Source: Syntrophaceae bacterium
GTDB taxonomy: Bacteria > Desulfobacterota > Syntrophia > Syntrophales > UBA2185
Assembly: GCA_003153775.1 (NCBI GenBank)
Contig: PMBI01000050.1
Coordinates: 127,325 to 191,324 of the forward strand
Length of the DNA stretch: 64,000 nucleotides
Direction of reading: 5' to 3'
How positions within the stretch are numbered: position 1 is the stretch's first letter; each line of letters opens with the position of its first letter. Below, piece after piece: positions 8,544 to 20,225 of this stretch. The translations under genes and the position numbers were made by a program. The notes under the pieces were generated by a model. The model had not been told where the DNA came from. It saw nothing but the letters and a program-made list of their open reading frames with translations, and searched no databases.

Positions 8544-9707
8544 TCAACCCTTCTTGTAAAGCGGAGACATATTTCTCAGGAAGTCCACGCTTTTCCTAAG
8601 GGACACGAATGCCTTGTCGATATCTTCCAGCGTAATATCAATTCCATAGGAAAATACAAGTGTCCCCTGCGCCGTAGCGTGATCGAGACCGGTTGCGATT
8701 AGGACATGGGATGTCCTGAGAGAGCCCGAAGCACATGCGGACCGGGTGGAGATGCTTACTCCTTCCTCGTCAAGCATCATCATCATAGACTCGCCTTCGA
8801 TGTACTCCACAGAGAAAGACACGAGACCCGGCAAACTCTTTTCCGGGTGCCCGTTGATAACTATCTTATCGATGGTAGCCAAACGGTCCATGACTGCCTT
8901 CTTCAATTTCAACAGGTGTTCAGTCCGCTGGGGCATTTCAACGCGGGCAAGTTCCGCCGCCTTGCCCATCCCGACGATGCCAATCATATTAGGAGTTCCC
9001 GCCCTGCGGTTACTCTCCTGTATCCCGCCATCGATAAGTGGCAGTATCCTTGTTTTCTCTCTTATGTAGAGGGCTCCGATACCCGCGGGTCCGTAGAACT
9101 GGTTTGCGGCGATGCTCACCAGGTCAACACCCATCTCGTTAACGTCTATGGGTACGTTGCCGCAGGACACCACTGAATCCGTGTGAAAGGGCACTTTCTT
9201 TGCCTTCGCGATCTTCCCTATTTCGGCGATAGGCTCAATCGTACCGATCTCATTATTGGCGTGCATTATTGAAATAAGGATCGTGTCTTCTCTAATCGCC
9301 TCCTCCACATCTGCGGGGTTGACCAGACCATACTTGTCTACGGAGACTGAGGTCACGTTGTAACCCATCTGGGAGAGCATCCGGAGGGGTCTTGCAACCG
9401 ACTGATGTTCAATATTCGATGTGATGATGTGCTTACCTTTTTTCGCTTTTGCAAAGGCCACACCTTTTATGGCGTGGTTATTTGCTTCCGTTCCGCATGA
9501 AGTGAATACGATCTCCTGCGGATCTGCATTGATGAGTTGGGCAACCTTGGCGCGCGCGTCTTCCAGGATCTCCATAGCCGCATCTCCGATGCTGTGCTGG
9601 CTCACGGGATTCCCAAAACCGTCCTTCTTTATATAATCGATGATAGCCTCTCTAACCTGAGGATGGAGCGGATTACCGGAAATATGGTCTAAATAGATTA
9701 CCTTCAT
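8544..9707 (-). CDS. NifS/IscS-like class V aminotransferase-fold protein lacking the PLP-binding lysine
   Basis: The full-length NifS pattern is present (TSNIEHQSV, HANNEIGT, SACASGS Cys loop). The canonical S-x-H-K is replaced by SIAANQFYGPAGIG. The start overlaps the iscU stop (ATGA). Confidence 0.8.
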   Translation of the reverse strand: MKVIYLDHISGNPLHPQVREAIIDYIKKDGFGNPVSQHSIGDAAMEILEDARAKVAQLINADPQEIVFTSCGTEANNHAIKGVAFAKAKKGKHIITSNIEHQSVARPLRMLSQMGYNVTSVSVDKYGLVNPADVEEAIREDTILISIMHANNEIGTIEPIAEIGKIAKAKKVPFHTDSVVSCGNVPIDVNEMGVDLVSIAANQFYGPAGIGALYIREKTRILPLIDGGIQESNRRAGTPNMIGIVGMGKAAELARVEMPQRTEHLLKLKKAVMDRLATIDKIVINGHPEKSLPGLVSFSVEYIEGESMMMMLDEEGVSISTRSACASGSLRTSHVLIATGLDHATAQGTLVFSYGIDITLEDIDKAFVSLRKSVDFLRNMSPLYKKG

Positions 9708-10255
9708 TATTCCTTTGCTCCTTTCAGGATAGGGAAATCAGAATGCTGTAACGTGGGCTTTCCACAATGTGTGCAGATTGGAGTGGGGTCCGGTAATCCG
9801 GCGTCGCAGTAAGGGCAGTAACATTTCCCTTCCCTTTCACCGATGTGCTCCACTTTTTCGCCTTCTTTTGTCTCCCTGACTTTGCCCTCTTTGTGCTCAT
9901 AGTAATCCATAATGGCTTTATGCAAAGCGTCCGCTCCGAGGTTTGAACAGTGGAGTTTGTTCTTCGGAAGGCCGCCAAGGCTTTTTGCGACAGACTCTTT
10001 GGTAATCGCCAGGGCTTCTTCCAAAGTCTTTCCTTTTGCCATTTCAGTCACCATGCTGGAGACGGCAATAGCCGCCCCACAGCCGAATGTGTTGAATTTT
10101 ATGTCATCAATGCGGTCATCCTTGACTCTAAGAGTAATCGTCATCATATCGCCGCATATCGGGTTCCCTACTTCACCCGTGCCATCAGGATTGTCAATCT
10201 TGCCGACATTCCGGGGCTTCTTGAAATGATCCATTACTACATCCGAATATTGCAT
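9707..10255 (-). CDS. iscU: IscU/NifU-type Fe-S scaffold with a C-terminal Cys-rich extension
   Basis: MQYSDVVMDHFKKPRNVG, GNPICGDMM, FGCGAAIA and LHCS cluster ligands. The tail carries CYCPYC..CTHCG. Confidence 0.85.
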   Translation of the reverse strand: MQYSDVVMDHFKKPRNVGKIDNPDGTGEVGNPICGDMMTITLRVKDDRIDDIKFNTFGCGAAIAVSSMVTEMAKGKTLEEALAITKESVAKSLGGLPKNKLHCSNLGADALHKAIMDYYEHKEGKVRETKEGEKVEHIGEREGKCYCPYCDAGLPDPTPICTHCGKPTLQHSDFPILKGAKE

Positions 10256-10454
10256 GACTACCTCCTTTGACTCAGCTTTATGTATATAAATATAACTAAT
10301 TTCGTCAGTTTTACAAGTGGTTTAAATATCGGTACCGTGTAAAGTCTATACGCATCTAACCCTGCCTTTCCTGTACACCGATATAAATGATTGTCAATTT
10401 GTGAATTCACGTATAAAATTATCATACTATTCCAAAAATGGGATCGCGACAGAC

Positions 10455-10685
10455 ATGAGCAAGGAACTTCCTTCCGGAACGGGAGAGCAGAATCAAGGTA
10501 CGGAAATAAACTGTTTTTCCTGTTGCCATTTCTATATCACCTATGAGACGCAATTTCCCTATGGGTGTCGAAAGGCGGGTTTCAAATCGCGGCTGATGCC
10601 TTCGAAGGTGATGTACGTGTACTCCGGAATAGAGTGCCAGCTATTTCAGGAAAAAGAGAGCCCGCAGAAGAGTAAATCCGTTTGA
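10455..10685 (+). CDS. Small Cys-rich hypothetical protein
   Basis: CFSCCHFYITYETQFPYGCRKAGFKS. The start is taken at the internal ATG (MSKELPS). Confidence 0.4.
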   Translation: MSKELPSGTGEQNQGTEINCFSCCHFYITYETQFPYGCRKAGFKSRLMPSKVMYVYSGIECQLFQEKESPQKSKSV

Positions 10686-10759
10686 TGGATAGAACGTGGG
10701 ACCGGGATAGGCAAGTCTGATTTGATTGCGGCGCCGGCCGGCTGTACGATTTAACTATT

Positions 10760-12928
10760 ATGAAAACTATGCTTTCAGAGAAGCTTGCAAAAATTCATAT
10801 CTCTTTCCGCCTGGCAATATCGACAATCCTCTCGGTGCTGCTTCTCGGCACCGTAGCCGTCACAGGCATCCTTTCTTACGTAAACCTTACGAGGGACACC
10901 AGAGATCTTTCCGCGCAGATTCTCGATCAGGAGTCCCTGCGCATCAGTCAGTGGGTGGGGAATCTCCTTTACAAAGCCCACGATCAGAACGTAATGAACC
11001 GCTCTCTCCTGGGTACAATCAAACTGGATAAGGAAAGTCTTACAAAGCTCGCCCATTACTGGCAGAGGGTGATAGAGGCACAGCCATTATTTACTTTTAT
11101 TTCCGTAGATCTTGAATCCGACGTGCTGCTCTCCATCGAGCGCATGCAAGATGGAAAGTTCACGATCCGTGAGGCTCACGTCGATAGAAAAAATCACACC
11201 GCCGAAATTTTTGATTTCTGGCCCGCGGATTATCCGAAGCGAAAATTTTACGCCCGCAAGAAGATCGAGATGACTTCAACAGCGGGACGGCCATCCTGGT
11301 ATATTAAGGCCAAAGAAGCGGGCCGCCCCATATGGACGGACGCCCGCACAATCCGCCTCGGAGCGGAAGCGTTTCCGGGCATCACCTATGCCGCACCATT
11401 CTATGACAAAGACGGGAAACTGCTCGGGGTCACGACAATCGATTTCAACATCACTGCCATATCGGATTTTCTTGCCAAGAACAAGGTCGGCAAGGGAGGG
11501 TTCGCTTTCATCATTGAGAAACCGCTGGACGGGGAGCCGCACGTGATCGCCTTCGCGAAGCCGGAAATCCTGACCCATGCAGTAACGGACAGCCGGGGAC
11601 GCACTCAATACGAATTCGTTTCAACAAAGAATCTCAGCGATGACAGGGTCGTCCGTTTCATGGAAACGTTCTCTCAGAATAGTCTCAAGCATCCCGGCGC
11701 CAGTCTGCGGACATTCGATTTCACCTCCGAAGGCACCGACTATTTTGGAAGTTACCATCTAATGACGGGCAAGGAACTTCCGGGATGGACCATCGCCCTC
11801 GTCATTCCCCGCGACGAGATAATGGGGCCGGTCAAACGCAACAACAGGCAGACGTTCGGCATAGCGTTGGCAAGCTTTTTCGTGATCCTGATTGTGAGTG
11901 TGTGGATTTCCATGCGCATCGCAAAGCCTCTAAGAGAAATAGCGCGTGAAACGGAGGCTATCGGCCAATTCGAACTGCAAGCCCAGCCCCTCGGGCACTC
12001 GATGTTCAAGGAAGTGGATCAGCTAATGGTGGCCACCCAGAATATGAAGACAAGCCTGCGCTCTTTTAAGAAGTACGTGCCGGCAGATCTCGTGCGTGAG
12101 GTCCTGGCTTCCGGCCAGGAAGCGGAGCTTGGCGGCCGCAGGGAGACTCTTACAATCTTCTTTTCCGATATCAAAGGCTTTACGTCCATCTCGGAAGTTC
12201 TTTCACCGGAATCACTCGTAGAGCAGATGGCCGAATATCTGGAGGCGATGAGCTACGAGATCCGGAAAAATCCGCCGGGCACAGTCGATAAGTTTATCGG
12301 AGACAGCATCATGGCCTTCTGGGGCGCTCCCACACCCAACCCGGATCACGCACCGTCGGCGTGCCGCGCGGCGCTGCTCTGCCAGGAGAGATTGGGACAA
12401 TTGAGGGAAAAGTGGGCACAGGAGGGGAAACCTCTCTTCTTCCAGCGCATCGGCATATACACGGGAGAGGTGATCGTAGGCAACATAGGCAGCGAATCCC
12501 GGATGAACTATACGGTTATAGGCGACACTGTGAATATAGCGAGCCGTCTTGAAGGCCTCAACAAGTATTACGGCACGGCGATCATCATCGGGAATAATAC
12601 GTGTGAGCTGGTGAAAGAAGAATTTATTGTCCGTCCCCTCGACCTCGTATCAGTCGTGGGCAGCACGAAAGGCATCAAGATATATGAATTGTTAGGGGAG
12701 AAGAATAATACGGATGGACAAAAAGTCCGGGTTGCGGAACTTTGCGCAGCCGCACTGGAACTGTATTTAGGAAAGCGTTGGAATGAAGCAATGGATAATT
12801 ATAAAAAAGTCCTGGAATTAATTCTTGAAGATCAACCCGCCATTATGATGCTTGAGCGCTGCAAGCTGTATCTTGAAAATCAGCCGCCCGATGATTGGAG
12901 CGGCATCCACCGCATTGAAAGCAAATGA
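10760..12928 (+). CDS. Membrane sensor class III adenylate/guanylate cyclase (Cache-like periplasmic domain, HAMP, cyclase)
   Basis: Two TM segments flank a roughly 300-aa sensor domain. Cyclase motifs are TIFFSDIKGFTSISE, FIGDSIMAFWGAP and GEVIVGNIGS..YTVIGDTVNIASRLE. Confidence 0.85.
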   Translation: MKTMLSEKLAKIHISFRLAISTILSVLLLGTVAVTGILSYVNLTRDTRDLSAQILDQESLRISQWVGNLLYKAHDQNVMNRSLLGTIKLDKESLTKLAHYWQRVIEAQPLFTFISVDLESDVLLSIERMQDGKFTIREAHVDRKNHTAEIFDFWPADYPKRKFYARKKIEMTSTAGRPSWYIKAKEAGRPIWTDARTIRLGAEAFPGITYAAPFYDKDGKLLGVTTIDFNITAISDFLAKNKVGKGGFAFIIEKPLDGEPHVIAFAKPEILTHAVTDSRGRTQYEFVSTKNLSDDRVVRFMETFSQNSLKHPGASLRTFDFTSEGTDYFGSYHLMTGKELPGWTIALVIPRDEIMGPVKRNNRQTFGIALASFFVILIVSVWISMRIAKPLREIARETEAIGQFELQAQPLGHSMFKEVDQLMVATQNMKTSLRSFKKYVPADLVREVLASGQEAELGGRRETLTIFFSDIKGFTSISEVLSPESLVEQMAEYLEAMSYEIRKNPPGTVDKFIGDSIMAFWGAPTPNPDHAPSACRAALLCQERLGQLREKWAQEGKPLFFQRIGIYTGEVIVGNIGSESRMNYTVIGDTVNIASRLEGLNKYYGTAIIIGNNTCELVKEEFIVRPLDLVSVVGSTKGIKIYELLGEKNNTDGQKVRVAELCAAALELYLGKRWNEAMDNYKKVLELILEDQPAIMMLERCKLYLENQPPDDWSGIHRIESK

Positions 12929-12963
12929 TTGAAACATTAAAGCTGTAAGGGAGGAGCCGCAGA

Positions 12964-14649
12964 ATGAAACAGAAGACTGATGACCAGAAGGCTGCTGCAA
13001 GGCTTAAAAAAGATTTCAAGAAGTGGCACACTGATATCTACGGCTCTCATAAAGAGCGCAAGCCGCATTTTCAGACCCTCTCCGGAATTGCCATAGAGCC
13101 CCTTTACACGCCTCTCGATACAGCAAATATTGACTATCTCAAAGATCTCGGATTCCCCGGTTGCGAGCCGTATATCCGCGGCGTTCACCCGACCATGTAT
13201 AGGGGAAGGGTATGGACGCATCGACAGCTGGCGGGTTTTGGTCCGCCTGAAGAGACGAATAACCGCTATAAATTTCTTCTTCAACAGGGGGCAACGGGGA
13301 TCAACGGCGTCTTTGATTACCCGACCCTGCGCGGCTACGACAGCGATGACCCGGAGGTATACGCCGACGTAGGCCGCGGCGGCGTTGCCATCGACACAAT
13401 CGAAGACATGCGCGTCTTATTTGACGGGATTGCGATCGACAAGGTCAGCGTATCACTGGTCACATGTCAACCCATCTGCAATATCTCCATCCAGTCGATG
13501 TATTTTGCCAACGCACAACAGAAAGGTCTGTCCCTGAACGCATTGACGGGGACGAGCCAGAACGACTTCCTGATGGAGACAGCCATTACAACCGCCCCGA
13601 GCGTTCTGCCGCCGAAGGCTTCCTTCAAGGTGAGCTGTGACGCCATTGAATTCTGCACACAAAATGTGCCGCGGTGGAATCCCATCAGCTTTGCCGGCTA
13701 CAATTACCGGGAAGCCGGATGCACGGCGCCCCAGGAAGTTGCATTTGTCATTTCCTGTGCCATTGCCTGCTGCGAGGAACTGATCCGGCGGGGCCTCGAT
13801 ATTGACAGCTTCGCTCCCAGGCTCAGCTATTTTCTCTCCGCGCACAATGATCTCTTTGAGGAAATCGCAAAGTACCGTGCTGCGCGAAGAGTCTATCACC
13901 GGATCATGAAGGCGCGGTTCGGCGCAACTGATCCCCGCTCCCTGATGTTCCGGTTTCACGTGCAAACAGCCGGTGTAGCGCTCACTGCCCAGCAGCCTCT
14001 GAACAACATTGCCAGGGCTGCCTACCACGCCCTTTCCGCCGTGCTGGGTGGAGCCCAGTCCGTGCACGTTGATGCTTACGATGAGGCGCTCTGCACGCCC
14101 ACGGAACTTTCGTCATTGACGGCGCTGCGCACGCAGCAAATCCTGCAGATGGAAACAGGCGTCACCAATACGGTGGATCCATTAGGCGGATCATATTTTG
14201 TGGAATCTCTGACCAATAAAATGGAGGCCGAGGTCGAAAGAATTATCTCGGAGATTGACAGCATGGGCGGCATCGTCAAGGCAGTCGAAAAAGGATGGAT
14301 TCATAATGAAATAGCGTCTGCCGCTTATCAGTATCAGGTTGACATTGAATCCGGCGAGATGCCCATCGTCGGGGTAAATTGTTTTAAGATCGAAGATGAA
14401 GTTCTTCCCATAGAGCTTTTCAAGGGGCCGGAAACGCTGCTTATCCAGGAAGAGAAGCTGAAGAGGAACAGGAAAGACCGAAATTCCCAGGAAGCTGCGA
14501 AGGCCCTCGATGCTATTACGCGCTGCTGCGAGCGGGATGGAAACCTTATGGGAGTCATTGTAGACGCAGTGAAGACGCGCGTTACGGAGGGAGAAATATC
14601 AAAGACACTGAAGGCATTTTATGGGATATGGCACCCGCCCCTCTTCTAA
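12964..14649 (+). CDS. Methylmalonyl-CoA mutase family catalytic (substrate-binding) subunit
   Basis: 561 aa with EPYIRGVHPTMYRGRVWTHRQLAGFG, FHVQTAG and the TNTVDPLGGSYFVE signature. Preceded by GGGAGGAG. Confidence 0.85.
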   Translation: MKQKTDDQKAAARLKKDFKKWHTDIYGSHKERKPHFQTLSGIAIEPLYTPLDTANIDYLKDLGFPGCEPYIRGVHPTMYRGRVWTHRQLAGFGPPEETNNRYKFLLQQGATGINGVFDYPTLRGYDSDDPEVYADVGRGGVAIDTIEDMRVLFDGIAIDKVSVSLVTCQPICNISIQSMYFANAQQKGLSLNALTGTSQNDFLMETAITTAPSVLPPKASFKVSCDAIEFCTQNVPRWNPISFAGYNYREAGCTAPQEVAFVISCAIACCEELIRRGLDIDSFAPRLSYFLSAHNDLFEEIAKYRAARRVYHRIMKARFGATDPRSLMFRFHVQTAGVALTAQQPLNNIARAAYHALSAVLGGAQSVHVDAYDEALCTPTELSSLTALRTQQILQMETGVTNTVDPLGGSYFVESLTNKMEAEVERIISEIDSMGGIVKAVEKGWIHNEIASAAYQYQVDIESGEMPIVGVNCFKIEDEVLPIELFKGPETLLIQEEKLKRNRKDRNSQEAAKALDAITRCCERDGNLMGVIVDAVKTRVTEGEISKTLKAFYGIWHPPLF

Positions 14650-14680
14650 GTAGCGAGGAAACTTTTCAGGAGAACAGACG

Positions 14681-15067
14681 ATGAGCAAAAGAAAAAGAAT
14701 TCTTATAGCCCGCCTCGGCATGGATGCCCACTGGAGAGGAAGCGTCGTGGTGGCAAGGGCTTTGCGTGATGCGGGGATGGAAGTGATTTATATAGGCAAT
14801 CAGATGCCTGAAGGAATCGTAAGAACCGCTATTCAGGAGAGTGTCGATATCATCGGGTTAAGTTCTCTCTCAGGCAACCACATGATCCTGGCCCCGGAGG
14901 TCGTCCAAATTCTCAAGAGGGAGGGGGCGGACGATATAAAAGTAATCTTTGGGGGAACTGTACCGCCCGAGGATATTCCCCTGCTGAAGGAAGCCGGGAT
15001 CTCGGAGGTGTTCGGCCCGGGGACATCCCTTAAGAAAATCATCGACGCCATCAACTCCCTGGACTGA
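14681..15067 (+). CDS. Cobalamin-binding small subunit of the acyl-CoA mutase
   Basis: D-x-H-x-x-G motif (DAHWRG), followed by GLSSLSG and FGGTVP. Confidence 0.85.
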   Translation: MSKRKRILIARLGMDAHWRGSVVVARALRDAGMEVIYIGNQMPEGIVRTAIQESVDIIGLSSLSGNHMILAPEVVQILKREGADDIKVIFGGTVPPEDIPLLKEAGISEVFGPGTSLKKIIDAINSLD

Positions 15068-15133
15068 ATTTTGGAGGAATTTAGAAAAAGGATTTAAAAA
15101 GAATTCTTCAGCGCATCGAGAAAGTAAACTTCT

Positions 15134-15544
15134 TCACAGTTGCTTTGTTTTATCTTTGTAAGAGTTTATTTCCCTGATCAGTTCGAGGGTATCAAAGTAG
15201 ACTTCATTTCGCTTGATCTTCCCTTGATTGTCAAACTGGACAAAGCAGACGCCGATGCATTCGATGATCTTGCCGCCGACGGGGATTTTAGCCAGCCACT
15301 TGTTCAGGAATCCTCCTTCCATGGGGATCGGTTCAATTTGGGTCCAGACCCAGTCCGGATTCTGTCTCAGTAGCTTTCTGAAGTAGTTGGTCAGGGACTT
15401 TTTTCCGCGCACGCCTTGAGGGATGGTGGGATCCAGGTAAAAGGCATCATCCGAATAAAAATCAGCCAACCTTTCCGGATCGTTCCCTGTCCATGCAGGC
15501 AGCCATCGCGATGCAAATTCCCTTGCTTCATCCTTCGTCATCAT
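15134..15544 (-). CDS. NTF2/SnoaL-like fold protein
   Basis: FASRWLPAWTGNDPERLADFYSDDAFYLDP is typical of SnoaL-like domains. The start is at the MM after AGAGGG. Confidence 0.55.
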   Translation of the reverse strand: MMTKDEAREFASRWLPAWTGNDPERLADFYSDDAFYLDPTIPQGVRGKKSLTNYFRKLLRQNPDWVWTQIEPIPMEGGFLNKWLAKIPVGGKIIECIGVCFVQFDNQGKIKRNEVYFDTLELIREINSYKDKTKQL

Positions 15545-15610
15545 TTCCCGACCCTCTTCTTTTAGAACCGTCAAGGAGCGCATTATAACAATGAGGCGCC
15601 CGTTCTCTTT

Positions 15611-17077
15611 TCAGTTTGTAGTGCCGGTTTCTTTGTTGAGAGTAGAGGTGTCTTTCTTGTCTTGGTCCGAGGCAATCCTGTTGTCCGCCTCTATGACCCA
15701 GCCGCCGCCTATCGCCTTGTAAAGGTTCACGAGAGCCTGAAACAGAACTCCTGCCGTCCGCGCCCGGGCAAGTTCCGCGTCGAAAAGGCTGCGCTCCGCA
15801 TCAAGCACCTCGATGTAGCTCGTGTAGCCGTTTTCAAATCTCAGACGCGCGAAGCGGGCGTAGGTGCGCAGAGATTCGACCTGCCGCGTCTGGATATCAA
15901 GTTCTTCCCGTGATCTCCTCTGGTCAATAAGGGCGTCTTCGACTTCGCGAAAGGCCGTCTGGATGGATTGCTGATACTGAATGAGGGCCTGCCGCTGTAT
16001 CGCCTCTGCCGCTTCGACCTGCCCACCAATGGCGCCTGCTGTGAAGATCGGCACATTCAGAGGGACGTTCCAGCTCCAGGCTCTGGATGGACCCTGGAAT
16101 AGTGTGGAGAGGTCCGTGCTTGCAAATCCATACGTGCCGGTGAGAGATATAGTCGGGAAATAGAGTGACCGCGCCACGCCGATTCTCGCATTCGCCGCGA
16201 TCAGGGTCTGTTCCGCCTGACGTATGTCCGGACGGTTGGCGAGGAGCTCTGACGGCAGACCCGCCGGTACGGCGGGAAGGACAAGGTCATCGATCTTCTT
16301 TCCCCGTGGAATAGGACCCGGATTTCGTCCAAGGAGTATGGAGAGCGCGTTTTCCTGCTGGGCAATGGTCTTTTCGAGGGACGGGATGATTGCGAGGGCC
16401 TGCTCATAATTTGATTTAACCTGGCTCAGTTCGAGTTCGGAGATGACACCGCCCCGGAAGCGCAACTGAAAAAGGTCATAAGTTTCCTTACGGCTCTGTA
16501 CTGTGCGCCCGGCGATCTCAAGCTGTTTGTCAAGGTCGCGAAGGTTCACGTAGGAGCTCGCCACAGAGGTTACAAGAATAAGGATAACGCCCCTTCGTCC
16601 CTCTTCCTGGCTCAGGAAATCGGCGCGGGACGCTTCTTTTGCCCTCCTCAGCTTGCCCCACAGGTCAATCTCCCAACTCGCATACAGGGTAGCGGAATAG
16701 TTGTCCGCGGGGTTTATAGTGGCGGGTGTGAGGGGAGTCTGGCCGTTGTCCGTGGCCCTGCTTCTCCCCACAGCTCCTCCTGCGCCCGCCTGGGGGAAGA
16801 GGGAGGCGCGGGTTATACCATACCGGCCGACAAATTCTTCCACGCGCGCCGTGGCAATCATGACATCCTTATTCTCTTTCAAGGCCGCTTCAATCAGTGC
16901 GTTCAGTACGGAATCATTGAATTGCTCCCACCATGCGGCATTGCCGATCTCTCTTGCCTCCTTTTCTTCAAAGCGCCAGGATGCAGGCGTCTCCACAGAC
17001 GGTCTCCGGTAGTCGGGACCCATCATGCAGCCGGAAAGGACAATTGCCAGAAGCGAGCAGATGATAATGTTACGCAT
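15611..17077 (-). CDS. RND efflux outer-membrane factor lipoprotein (NodT family)
   Basis: Lipobox LSGC after [13 protein letters not shown], with two OEP repeats. It overlaps the RND pump stop by 8 nt. Confidence 0.85.
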   Translation of the reverse strand: MRNIIICSLLAIVLSGCMMGPDYRRPSVETPASWRFEEKEAREIGNAAWWEQFNDSVLNALIEAALKENKDVMIATARVEEFVGRYGITRASLFPQAGAGGAVGRSRATDNGQTPLTPATINPADNYSATLYASWEIDLWGKLRRAKEASRADFLSQEEGRRGVILILVTSVASSYVNLRDLDKQLEIAGRTVQSRKETYDLFQLRFRGGVISELELSQVKSNYEQALAIIPSLEKTIAQQENALSILLGRNPGPIPRGKKIDDLVLPAVPAGLPSELLANRPDIRQAEQTLIAANARIGVARSLYFPTISLTGTYGFASTDLSTLFQGPSRAWSWNVPLNVPIFTAGAIGGQVEAAEAIQRQALIQYQQSIQTAFREVEDALIDQRRSREELDIQTRQVESLRTYARFARLRFENGYTSYIEVLDAERSLFDAELARARTAGVLFQALVNLYKAIGGGWVIEADNRIASDQDKKDTSTLNKETGTTN

Positions 17078-20000
17078 TGTTTTTTTCCTCGCTCTTTCGC
17101 CGGTCATCTTTTTTCTTCCTGTGGGAGAGAACCATGACGACATAGAATGTCACGGGAATGAGAAAGACGGCAATCAGCGATGCAGCCAATGTGCCGCCCA
17201 TGACGGCGGTTCCCATGATCTGCCGTGCAGTAGCGCCCGCGCCCGTGGATACGGCAAGTGGCAAGACGCCGAACAGGAACGCAAAGGATGTCATAAGTAT
17301 CGGCCTGAGTCTGAGCCGTGCGCCCTCGAGGGCGGCGTCTGTAATGGACATCCCCTCTTCATATTTCGCTTTCGCGAATTCGACAATAAGGATGGCATTC
17401 TTGGCGGTGAGACCGATAAGCACAATGAGGGCGATCTGGGCATAGATATTGTTCACCTGGCCGCGAAGCCATATCGCTATGAGCGCGCCGAAAACGGCTA
17501 TGGGCGTGCTCAGAAGAACGCTGACAGGCAGAGACCAGCTTTCATACAGCGCCGCAAGGATCAGAAAGACGCATAAGAGCGAAAACCCGAAGATGACGTA
17601 TAGCGGTATTCCTTCCTGGGCCTTCTTTTCCTGGAAGCTCATGCCCATGTAATCGAGGCCCATTTCGGTAGGCATTGTCTGGGCAAAGACTTCTTCGAGG
17701 GCCTTCATCGCCTGAGCGGAGCTATAACCGGGATTGGCCGTAGCATTGATCTGTGCCGAGCGATAAAGGTTATACCTCATCGTAAACTCAGGACCGGAGC
17801 GCGATTCAATCGTCGTCACCGCCGAGAGCGGCACAGGATCACCTTTGTCGTTCTGTACGAAGAACTGCCCCACTTTGTCGGCCTTGTTGCGGTATTCTCC
17901 CTCCGCCTGGACGTACACTTGCCATTGACGGCCGAATCGGTTGAAGTAATTTACGAAGTATCCCCCCATGAAGGTCTGAAGAGTCTGGTACACCTGTTTT
18001 AAGTCGGTGCCCTGCTTGAGCACTTTGTCCCTGTCCACATTGATGAAGATCTGGGGAACGCCGGGCAGAAAGGTCGTCGTCACGCGCTCGAGCTCCGGTC
18101 TCTGGCGTGCAGCATCGAGAAATTTATTCACGTTCTCCGCGAGGTAGGGTATATCCTTGCCGGCCCTGTCTTCAAGAACAAGGGTTACACCGCCGGCTGT
18201 GCCGATCCCCGGGATGGCCGGAGGTGAAAAGGCAAAGGCAATCCCTTCCGGCAATTTGCCGAGCTCCCGATTTAGATGGGCCATGATGGCCCCGTACTGC
18301 TCCTCAGGCATTTCCCGATATTTCCATTCTTTCAGATTCACAAAGAAGAACCCGCTGTACGTATTCTGCACAATGCTCAGCAGGCTCACACCGACGACAG
18401 TCGTGTAGTATTTCACTCCGGGCGTGTTTGCCAGGATCTCCTCGATCTTTTTGCATGCCGCATCGGTGCGCTGCAGAGAGGCTGCATCGGGCAGGGCCAG
18501 ATTAATGAACATGTACCCCTGATCTTCTTCCGGCAGGAAGCCTGCGGGAATCGCCTTGCCGATGCCGCCGGAAACGACCGTGATCCCGGCAAGGAATACA
18601 AGGCTGAGGACGCTCTTGCGGATCAGCGTACCCGAGAAAGATACATAGCCGTTGGTGGCACGGCCAAAGGCGCGGTTGAAAAGGCTGTAGAATCTGCCCA
18701 GCGGTCCGCCCGACTCCGACTTCGGCTTGAGCAAAAGGGCGCACAAGGCAGGGCTTAAGGACAGCGCATTAAATGTTGAGATGAGAACCGAGATGGCGAT
18801 TGTCGCAGCAAACTGCTGGTAGAGCCGGCCCGTAATCCCCGGTATAAAAATTGTGGGGATGAAAACCGCGGACAGGACCAGCGCAATGGCTATCATCGGC
18901 CCCGATACTTCTTCCATTGTCTTGAGCGCCGCGTCTTTCGGAGCCATCCCTTCATCCATGTGCCGTTCCACGGCCTCAACCACGATGATGGCGTTATCCA
19001 CAACCAGTCCTATGGCGAGAACCAGGCCGAAGATGGAGAGCGTATTAATTGAGAAGCCCAATAAGGGGAAGAACGCAAACGTGCCTATGAGGGAGACAGG
19101 AACTGCAATTGTGGGAATGAGGGTCGGCCGCCAGCCCTGCAGAAATATGAAAACGACGATGATGACGAGGATTATGGCGATGAAGAGCGTCTTGACAATC
19201 TCACTTATTCCTTCGGTGATTGCCCTTGTCGTGTCGAGACCGAGTGCATAGTCCAGATCGGCGGGAAAGCGCTCCCGGGCCTCTTCCATTACCTTTCTCG
19301 CCCCTTGGGCGGCCGCTATCGCATTCGTCCCGGGCAACTGGTAAATGGCGATATTGGCGGCAGGCTTGCCGTTCAGCCTGCCCCTGATGTTATAAACCTG
19401 CGTCCCCAGATCAATGCGGGCTACGTCTTTCAAGCGGACAATTGATCCGTCAGAATTTGCCCGGATAATGATCTCGCCGAATTCCTGCTCGGAGATGAGG
19501 CGGCCCTGGGCGCGCACCGCATAAGTAAATTCCTGCCCGGGAGGTGAAGGCTCAGCGCCGATCTGCCCGGCCGGATTCACTGTATTCTGCTTCTGGATGG
19601 CATCGATGATCTGAGGGACTGTGATGCTGAGTTTTGCCAGGGTATCGGGCCTGACCCAGATGCGTATGGAGTACTGGCCTGCCCCGAAGATCGAAACCAT
19701 GGCGACGCCGGGGACGCGGAGCAACTGATCGCTGAGATTGATGTAGGCATAATTTGCAAGAAAAGCGGCATCGTGTGTTTCATTCGGTGAATACAGGGAG
19801 AACATCATCAACGGTGCAAACCTGGATTTCTGGACCGTGACCCCGTAATTGCGCACGTCCAGCGGGAGCATCGGCTCGGCCTGATTCTGCCGTATCTGAG
19901 TGAGAATCTGGTCTGTATTCGGATTGGTCGCGACATCAAAAGATACGATGAGCCTCATGATGCCGATGTTGGAGTTCAGGGAAAACATGTAATTCATGTT

Positions 20001-20219
20001 ATCCACACCGCTCAACTGCTGCTCGATGGGGGTGGCAACCGACTGCTCCACCGTCAACGCATCGGCGCCCACATACATGGTGTTGATCTGGATCTCCGGC
20101 GGGACTATTTCAGGGAATTGCGAGACGGGCAGTTGCACGAGCGCAACTGTCCCGATAATGACAAACATGATGGATATGACCATCGCCACGATGGGACGGT
20201 TGATGAAAAACTTCGCCAC
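17070..20219 (-). CDS. RND (HAE1, AcrB-like) inner-membrane efflux permease
   Basis: 1049 aa. The N-terminus is [17 protein letters not shown], with 12-TM architecture and two large loops. Confidence 0.9.
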   Translation of the reverse strand: MAKFFINRPIVAMVISIMFVIIGTVALVQLPVSQFPEIVPPEIQINTMYVGADALTVEQSVATPIEQQLSGVDNMNYMFSLNSNIGIMRLIVSFDVATNPNTDQILTQIRQNQAEPMLPLDVRNYGVTVQKSRFAPLMMFSLYSPNETHDAAFLANYAYINLSDQLLRVPGVAMVSIFGAGQYSIRIWVRPDTLAKLSITVPQIIDAIQKQNTVNPAGQIGAEPSPPGQEFTYAVRAQGRLISEQEFGEIIIRANSDGSIVRLKDVARIDLGTQVYNIRGRLNGKPAANIAIYQLPGTNAIAAAQGARKVMEEARERFPADLDYALGLDTTRAITEGISEIVKTLFIAIILVIIVVFIFLQGWRPTLIPTIAVPVSLIGTFAFFPLLGFSINTLSIFGLVLAIGLVVDNAIIVVEAVERHMDEGMAPKDAALKTMEEVSGPMIAIALVLSAVFIPTIFIPGITGRLYQQFAATIAISVLISTFNALSLSPALCALLLKPKSESGGPLGRFYSLFNRAFGRATNGYVSFSGTLIRKSVLSLVFLAGITVVSGGIGKAIPAGFLPEEDQGYMFINLALPDAASLQRTDAACKKIEEILANTPGVKYYTTVVGVSLLSIVQNTYSGFFFVNLKEWKYREMPEEQYGAIMAHLNRELGKLPEGIAFAFSPPAIPGIGTAGGVTLVLEDRAGKDIPYLAENVNKFLDAARQRPELERVTTTFLPGVPQIFINVDRDKVLKQGTDLKQVYQTLQTFMGGYFVNYFNRFGRQWQVYVQAEGEYRNKADKVGQFFVQNDKGDPVPLSAVTTIESRSGPEFTMRYNLYRSAQINATANPGYSSAQAMKALEEVFAQTMPTEMGLDYMGMSFQEKKAQEGIPLYVIFGFSLLCVFLILAALYESWSLPVSVLLSTPIAVFGALIAIWLRGQVNNIYAQIALIVLIGLTAKNAILIVEFAKAKYEEGMSITDAALEGARLRLRPILMTSFAFLFGVLPLAVSTGAGATARQIMGTAVMGGTLAASLIAVFLIPVTFYVVMVLSHRKKKDDRRKSEEKNNA

Positions 20220-20225
20220 GCGGCT

